Source: Octopus vulgaris
Taxonomy: Eukaryota
Direction of reading: 5' to 3'
NCBI GenBank assembly: GCA_951406725.2
Contig: OX597838.1
Span: 22,382,001 to 22,446,000 of the forward strand
Length of the DNA: 64,000 nucleotides
Shown: piece after piece, positions 55,307 to 64,000 of the stretch
Numbering within the stretch: the first letter of the stretch is position 1
How the letters are laid out: every line of letters begins with the position of its first letter
Notes under the pieces: generated by a model
What the model was told of the DNA's origin: nothing
Seen by the model: the letters and a program-made list of their open reading frames with translations, nothing else
The model's database searches: none
Made by a program: the position numbers and the translations under genes

Positions 55307-55762
55307 GCATATATATATATATATATATGCATATGAACATATACATACATATATATATATATAGGAATATAACATGTGTTCATATAGATACACATATCCA
55401 CATGCATGCATTTATAAATGTGTGTGAATATATATATATATATATACATATATGTATGTGTATGTGTGCATGCATACGTATAATTTTTCTTCATTGCGTA
55501 CGAGTGTGTAACACTTCTATTTCACTGTGATTGCGACGGTGGTTTGATGATGATGATGTTAGTGATGATGGTAACTATATAACTGTTGGCTTTGTTGTTG
55601 TTGTTGCTGTTGTCGCAACTCCTGCTGCTGCTGCTACTGCCTCTGCTACCCCTACATTTCGATTGATTGTTATATTTGCTATGTTTACATATTGAGTTTC
55701 AGACGCAGTTCTTTGCTTCAATATATTTATTATTCTTTAATTATTTTCGTTTCATGTTTTCT

Positions 55763-56480
<718 letters not shown>

Positions 56481-56634
56481 TGTTGTTGTGGTTGTAGTAT
56501 TTGTCACTTAATATTTGATATAACTTGTTACTGTTGTTAGTTTTGTCTCCATCGAGTTGTTTTTATCTTTCTCAAAATTTTTTTCTCTTCCCCCCTCGCT
56601 CCCTCCCTCCCTACCTCCCCCTCTCTCTCTCACA

Positions 56635-56666
<32 letters not shown>

Positions 56667-57374
56667 CTCTCTCATCATCAAACACTTGATACGATCAGTT
56701 CGAGTGAATATCTCGAAGGTAAAAATAAAATATTTAAAAAAAAGCAAAATATAAAAACAAAACAACTAAATATTTATTTAGTTCAAGAATTAAGATGGCG
56801 ATCATCGCCATTCTCCTTCCGTGATGGAGTGCGATATGTGCCAGGCTCAATTTAGTTGCAAAACATGTTTTTATTTTATTTTATTTTTCTCTTTTCTCCA
56901 TCAATACGTCACTTGATCACAGGAGAGAAATGTACCGCCATTATGGTATCTCGTCTGCACAATTTAATTAGTATACTAGCCGTAGGACATCTTAAAGTCT
57001 CCATTTTTTTTTTAATTTGTGTATCTGGATTTATCTTATTCCTTGGGCTAGCCGCCATGATTGACTGGAAAGAAAGAAAGAAAAAAAATTCGGTTACTGA
57101 ACTTTTCGGACCACTTTTTTTTGTTTTTTCTTACCTTTTTCTGTGTCTCCTTAACAGTTCTTGTGATACACTTTACCGTTTCCAAAGAATTCCAACTGAC
57201 AAATGGTTTTCGTTGCCATTGGCCACAAGAAATAGGGTCAGCGGAAGTGGGATTCAAGGCGTGAACTTCGAAGTGTTTTTATGGAACCGTGAGAAGAAAT
57301 AACAACAACAACAGAAACAACAACAACAACAACAACAATAATAATAATAATTATTATTATTATTATTATAATAA

Positions 57375-57507
57375 TCCTTTATACTTTTAGGCACAGGGTC
57401 TGAAATTTATGGGGAGGGGAATATTTGATTATATCGACCCCTGTGCTTCACTGGTACGTAATTTATCGATCTCGACAGGATGAAAGGCAAAGTCAACCTC
57501 GGCGGAC

Positions 57508-57538
<31 letters not shown>

Positions 57539-57752
57539 CATTTCTATTATAGGTACAAGGCCTGGATCTTTGTGTGGAGGGGAACAATCGATCACATCGA
57601 CCCCAGTATTTGATTGGTACTTAATTTGTCAACCCCGAAAAGATGCAAGGCAAAATCGACCCTGGCGGAATTTGAACTCAGAACGAAGTAACGGGCGAAG
57701 TATCGGTAAGCATTTCACCTGTCATGCTAACGATTCTGCCAGCTCGCCGTCT
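57375..57752 (-). mobile_element. Two tandem SINE B copies (partial 57375-57508; full 57540-57752) in (AAT)n
   Basis: GATGAAAGGCAAAGTCAACCTCGGCGG core twice; head GCCAGCTCGCCG at 57738-57750. Confidence 0.85.
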
Positions 57753-57768
57753 TTATAATTATTATTAC

Positions 57769-57811
<43 letters not shown>

Positions 57812-57830
57812 ATTATCATTATTATTATTA

Positions 57831-57963
<133 letters not shown>

Positions 57964-57965
57964 TA

Positions 57966-58521
57966 TTGCCTTTGCACAGCTTCTAACGCTGGAGATGTAC
58001 TACAGAGTCAACTATTCACTACCAGTGAACTAAGGTAACACCTCTTATTTTTCGAGCACCTTCCGGAGTATTCGAGCGGTTCCCAGCAGTGCTGTTTTCT
58101 TGCATCCCCTATTTGTTCCACGTATTTCTCGAGATTTTTACTCACTGTTCCCAGGGCTCCGACAATTATTGGCACTACTGCTACCTGTTTTCATCGACCA
58201 CAACTGCTTAACTTCCCAAGCTAACCTGTCATATCTCTCAACTTTTCTTTCTTCCTTATCGCATACCTTGTTGTCAGCTGGGTATGCTATATCTGTAATC
58301 CAGAATAATTTGTTTTCTTTCTCAATAATGACTATTTCCGGCTTCCTATTCTCTATCTCGCACTGAATCATAAAATCCCATACGATCTTTGCATTTCTAT
58401 TTTCGACGATGCCTTCAGGTTTGTGGTCATACCATTTTTTTTTTGCTCTGTCAAGTCCGTACTTGTTGCAAAGTGTCCAATGGACAAGCCTGGCTATATT
58501 GCGTGGCGTCTCTCATATTCC

Positions 58522-58523
<2 letters not shown>
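57966..58523 (-). mobile_element. R4/Dong-like (restriction-like endonuclease) non-LTR retrotransposon 3' fragment in (TAA)n
   Basis: KIVWDFMIQCEIENRKPEIVIIEKENKLFWITDIAYPADNKVCDKEERKVERYDRLAWEVKQLW ... PIIVGALGTV ... KTALLGTARILRKVLEK*; RKPD/DI..P/K..KY motifs of RLE domains; frameshifted; both flanks (TTA)n. Confidence 0.88.
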
Positions 58524-58604
<81 letters not shown>

Positions 58605-58618
58605 TATTATTATTATTA

Positions 58619-58709
<91 letters not shown>

Positions 58710-58713
58710 TTTA

Positions 58714-59594
<881 letters not shown>

Positions 59595-59602
59595 CATTAT
59601 AA

Positions 59603-59913
59603 ATGCACTGATGCGATACCAGTCGAAGACCTCTCGAGGCTTCTGATCTTATTAAATTATTGGAAGTGTTATCATGTACATTATTTTGTCTTGGTGTGAA
59701 AGATAGGCTACATCAAATATTTGGCTCAATACCGCAGATTTGCTTGTCATTTGCTTGACCTTAAGTAGTTGAGCACGTACCTTGGTGGCTGACGATATGT
59801 GCATCTCTGATGACGAATAGGTGTAGTGTGGGAGCATCATAACCTTAGTTCACTGGTAGTGAACAGCTGAATTTGTAGTACATCTCTAACGTTAGAAGCT
59901 GTGCAAAGGCAAT
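59603..59913. mobile_element. Chimera of the 28427 element (inverted) and the R4/Dong-like 3' UTR
   Basis: 59640-59841 is reverse-complementary to 28749-28945; 59842-59913 ACCTTAGTTCACTGGTAGTGAA...GAAGCTGTGCAAAGGCAA is reverse-complementary to 57966-58036. Confidence 0.75.
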
Positions 59914-59929
59914 AACAACAACAACAACA

Positions 59930-60073
59930 TGTAAAAGCGGTAATTGATGCTAAAGGAGGGTCAACCAGATATTTTGAAATATACCATAATCTACCATGAG
60001 CACGAGTTTCATTAACATCGAGATAGCAGAAACACAAAACATTGGTGTGACCTAATACTTTTGGCCATGGCTG
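59930..60073 (+). mobile_element. Tc1-like transposon 3' end
   Basis: CKAVIDAKGGSTRY (Tc1 C-terminal motif), then TIR GGTGTGACCTAATACTTTTGGCCATGGCTG and TA. Confidence 0.85.
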
Positions 60074-61218
60074 TATGCATGTATGTATGTATGTATGTAT
60101 GTATGTATGTATGTATGTATGTATGTATGTATGTATGTATGTATGTATGTATGTATGTATGGATGTATGTATGTATGTATGGATGGATGTATGTATGTAT
60201 GTATGCATATATGAATGTATGTGTGTATGTATGTATGTATGTATGTATATATTTATGTATGTATACATGTATATATGTATTTATGCATGCATATATGAAT
60301 GTATGTGTGTGTACGTATGTATGTATGTATATATTTATGTATGCATATATGTATGTATGTGTTCGTGTATATATGTATTTATGTGTGTATGTGTGTATGC
60401 ATGCATGTGTGTATGTATGTATGTATGTATGTATACATGCATGAATGAATGTACGTATGTATATATTTATGTATGCATATATGTATGTATGTGTGTGTAT
60501 ATATGTATGTGTGTATGTATTTATGTGTGTATGTATTTATGTATGCATATATGTATGTGTGTATGTATGTATGTATGTATATATGTAGGTATGTACGTAT
60601 GTATGTATGTATGTATGTATGTATGTATGTATGTATGTATGTATGTATGTATGTGTGTGTGTATGTATATACGCATACATGTATATACATATTTTCTAAC
60701 TCTGGTATCCTTAACTCTAATATTTTGATATTACTTTCCCAATTCTATTAATGCAATTGCACCAAATGCCCAAATCCTGCCATGCATAACTATACATGTA
60801 CAACTGCGCACTTTGAAACTGAGCAATAGGGGCGTTTGACAAGTCATGTGTGATTGGAATCGATATTTTCAAAATGGCCGTATATTCGCCAATAGATATT
60901 CGCCAATAGGTATTCGCCGTAAGGAGTACTGTAACGTCACCAATGCACTCACTAACCGAAATTTCCACAGTTCATTTTTGTTTTTTGTTTGGTCATTTTT
61001 TGTTTTGTTTTGTTTTTTTTTTTGTTTTTTGGTATCATAAATTTTGCTCTTCCGTATTGATGATTATATTACTGTGGTAATAATATGCAGCTTCTTAACC
61101 CTTGTTGTTGTTGTTGTTGTCGTCGTCGTCGTCGTTGTTGTTGTTGTTGGTGTTGTTGTTGTTGTTGGTGTTGTTGTTGTTGTTGTTGTTGTTCATACAG
61201 TGTTGTTATGTACATATA

Positions 61219-61335
61219 TTGGCCTGCTCGCTTAGCCAGCGGGGTGGCGTCATTCGAAGGCTAAAACAATGCGAACGCATTGTGACCAGCGATGTGTAAC
61301 AACATCTGATGACCTGGTCGGTCACGTGATCACGC
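61219..61335 (+). mobile_element. Isolated alternative SINE C tail
   Basis: Matches 8172-8285. Confidence 0.8.
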
Positions 61336-61352
61336 GATATACATATATATAA

Positions 61353-61621
61353 TATGGAGTTGGAAATAGCACAGAAGTGAATCTAAAACATTTCAGTTTA
61401 AGAGAGAATTTAATAAAAATGATTTTAAAATATTATATAAAGAAAACATTTACCGGTTTCAATGGGTCTCATCGTATCAAATTTTTACAGATATTTGATA
61501 AGATAAGATACATCGAAATCAGAAATATTTTCTTTATATAATTTTCTTAAAATCATTTTTATTAAATTCCCTCTTAAATTGAAATGCTTTAGACTTACTG
61601 CTGTGCTATTTCCACGACCAT
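61353..61621. repeat. Diverged ~100-bp inverted arms with a degenerate hammerhead-like spacer
   Basis: 61353-61451 vs 61523-61621; minus-strand spacer CGAUGAGACCCAUUGAAACCGGUA. Confidence 0.7.
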
Positions 61622-61840
61622 CTTTTATATATAAAAATTTGATTTGTATAGATCCCTAATCGTTTTTCAACTATATGCATAGCTGCTGACCTCCCCTGTT
61701 CGAAGGTTATAACGGACACAGATTTGTCTATCACACAGCTAGCTAGAGGCGATAGACTCTTGGAGCTAACCAACGGCAGCATTCATCCTATATTCCTGGA
61801 CTGCCATGTTAGTTTTGATTTCCTACATATACAAAAAAAA

Positions 61841-61990
61841 GCATTATTTACATTATTCACATTTGACGAATATTTGTCCTCATCTTCTTTGTTGTTAACA
61901 CAATGTTTCGGCTGATATACACTCCAGCCTTCATCAGGTGTCTTGGAGAAATTTCGAACCTGGCTTCTCATTCCCAAGGTACTTTTCCAT

Positions 61991-62078
<88 letters not shown>

Positions 62079-62147
62079 TCACTGCCTGGAATCGAACTCG
62101 GATTCTTGGAGTTGGTAGCCCGCTGTTAACCACTACGTCACATGCCC
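61841..62147 (-). mobile_element. SINE family E: tRNA-like head, (AAT)n spacer and hammerhead-bearing tail
   Basis: Head GGGCATGTGACGTAGTGGTTAA...GAGTTCGATTCCAGGCAGTGACCTG (62147-62075, A and B boxes); tail contains the hammerhead at 61942-61897. Confidence 0.75.
61897..61942 (-). ncRNA. Minimal hammerhead ribozyme motif (extra A after the core)
   Basis: GACAC-CUGAUGA-A-GGCUG-gaguguauau-CAGCC-GAAA-CAUU-GUGUU; ACAU is plausibly CpG-decayed ACGU. Confidence 0.7.
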
Positions 62148-62149
62148 GT

Positions 62150-62178
62150 GCGCATATGGCGAAGTGGTTAAGAGTGGT

Positions 62179-62209
<31 letters not shown>

Positions 62210-62385
62210 AAGAAGAAGAAGAAGAAGAAGAAGAAGAAGAAGAAGAAGAAGAAGAAGAAGATGAAGAAGAAGAAGATCGAAACATACCTTAGGAATGAGA
62301 ACCCAGGTTCGAAATTTCTCCAAGACGCCTCATGTAAATAATGTAAATAATGTAAATAATTCTTCATCTCTTAAATATAGAACTG
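62150..62385 (+). mobile_element. Second, deleted SINE E copy, head-to-head with the first
   Basis: GCGCATATGGCGAAGTGGTTAAGAG (A box), (AAG)n, TACCTT.GGAATGAGAA.CCAGGTTCGAAATTTCTCCAAGAC.CCT, then (AATGTAAAT)n; hammerhead segment missing. Confidence 0.75.
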
Positions 62386-62724
62386 TATTTTTAAAAAAAC
62401 ACTGTATCAGTACTGGAACGCCTTTTATCATAATTTTGCGAAATCCCCGATCATTAACACCAACAACAGCACAACACCCACCACCAAAAACAACAACAAG
62501 AACAGCGACAACTACAACAACAACCAAAATAGCTCAATGCCTACTTTCACTGGCATTTCGACCGGTAGGGACCAGTTTAACGTCAGAAAATAGATTTTGA
62601 TATTACATAGTTACCTCCCCTGAAGTCCTGCTTTGACTGCTGTTATAAATGCGCCATTCGCTTCAGAGTTGTCTCCCTTGTAAAAATTGCTTTATTATTT
62701 GAAATCGGTTGTTACAGTGCAAAG

Positions 62725-63065
62725 AGTACAATTGCTATCGCGACGGACAAAATGCTTAGCAGCATTTCGTCCGTCTCCAAGGTCTCAGTTCAAATTACAC
62801 CAAAGTTGACTTTGCGTTTCATTCATTCGAGAGCGATAAAATAAATATCAGTTGAGCACTGTTGTCGTCTTAATCGTTTTGACCCTCCCCCACCAAAAAA
62901 GAACTGCTGATTTTGTGTCAAAATTTGAAACTCAATTACATAGAAAATCACGGCCGTGATTTGGCAGAATCGTTTTAAAAAAGGCGGCGAGCTGGGTTCG
63001 CTGTAATCGACTTACTCCCTTTGTCTGTCCTTGCTTGTTCCCTCTATGTTTAGCCCCTTGTGTGA
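62725..63065 (+). mobile_element. Diverged and deleted SINE B copies
   Basis: AAAATGCTTAGC..CATTTCGTCCG, GACTTTGCGTTTCAT; second copy AAGGCGGCGAGCTGG joined to tail TGTTTAGCCCCTTGTG. Confidence 0.75.
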
Positions 63066-63584
63066 GATTTTTCATTCAAAGATGACCAACGTTCTAGTCG
63101 AACAACTGAAGTTGTTTACAACCGATTCAAAACCATTCTAAGAAACAAGTACCAGGCATTAAACAATACTCGATTTGTTCGACTAAAGACTCTTCAAGAC
63201 GGTGCTCCAGTATGGCCGCAGTCCAATGACTGAAAGAAATAAAATAGGGAAAAAAATGTTGATGTATCGTTTCTCGTCGTTCAACAAGTTCAAGTTGTCA
63301 TGGGACATAACTCTAGATATCCCCGTTAATTAATAGTTAGAGTAATTTCCCTTTAAAATATCAAGGTAGATAACTTGTATGCGTGTGAATCTAATGAATT
63401 TGCATTTATCATTATATAACGTGACATCGTATCACGATAAGATGTTTTTTTCTTATTGTTTATTATAACGTGTTTGTCAACTCATTCGATGATATTTCAT
63501 TACACTTTGCTGTGCTGTGTGTGTCGGGGACGGTGGGAAAGTTAGTTTATTTCGCAACTATGTGGTTCAGTTCAACTGCGAAGT

Positions 63585-63639
63585 ATCTGAGACAGACAGG
63601 CAGGTACGTAGGTAGACGCAAAGAGAGAAGGAGAGAGAT

Positions 63640-63683
<44 letters not shown>

Positions 63684-63744
63684 ACAGGTAGGCAGACAGA
63701 CAGAAGAAGGAGAGAGAAACAGACAGATAGACAGACGGACGGAC

Positions 63745-63829
<85 letters not shown>

Positions 63830-63885
63830 TGAGAAAGAGAGAGAGAATGATAGACACAGAGAGAGTGAGACAGAGATAAACAGGC

Positions 63886-63925
<40 letters not shown>

Positions 63926-64000
63926 GGGCGGACGGACGGACTGACGGACGGACAGACAAACAGTCCGACTGACGGACAGGCAGATAGATAGTGAGAGAGA
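63585..64000. repeat. (GA)/(GATA)/(GACA)/(GACG)n compound microsatellite
   Basis: Direct reading. Confidence 0.95.

Noticed and set aside
56856-57302. 148-aa ORF
   Set aside because: Non-ATG start, low-complexity T-rich composition and no recognisable homology.
62075-62147. Possible tRNA genes (also at 1509, 1910, 47464)
   Set aside because: A and B boxes are present but the cloverleaf stems are imperfect and each continues into a repeat body; treated as SINE heads.

Overview
Eukaryotic, AT-rich, gene-poor DNA made almost entirely of microsatellites and interspersed repeats. The SINE families and the microsatellite load resemble an octopod cephalopod genome (inferred from recall, not from a search). 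No host gene could be identified, and nearly all ORFs in the track are translations of simple repeats. Supported contents: at least five tRNA-headed SINE families (labelled A-E here); 3' fragments of Tx1/L1-like, RTE and R4/Dong-like LINEs; a Penelope-like GIY-YIG remnant; Tc1/mariner and pogo-like ends; a Helentron-type non-autonomous element; and a ~50-copy 70-bp minisatellite. The most interesting signal is a set of short, mutually dissimilar elements, mostly sitting in TA microsatellites, that carry minimal hammerhead-ribozyme folds (CUGANGA - stem II - GAAA - palindromic stem III - UH) and often occur as long inverted repeats, both hallmarks of Penelope-like retroelement termini. One of them (61841-62385) fuses a Pol III tRNA-like head to a hammerhead-bearing tail and forms a head-to-head dimer: a candidate ribozyme-carrying, Penelope-mobilised SINE. 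All folds and alignments were done by eye, and element boundaries are approximate.
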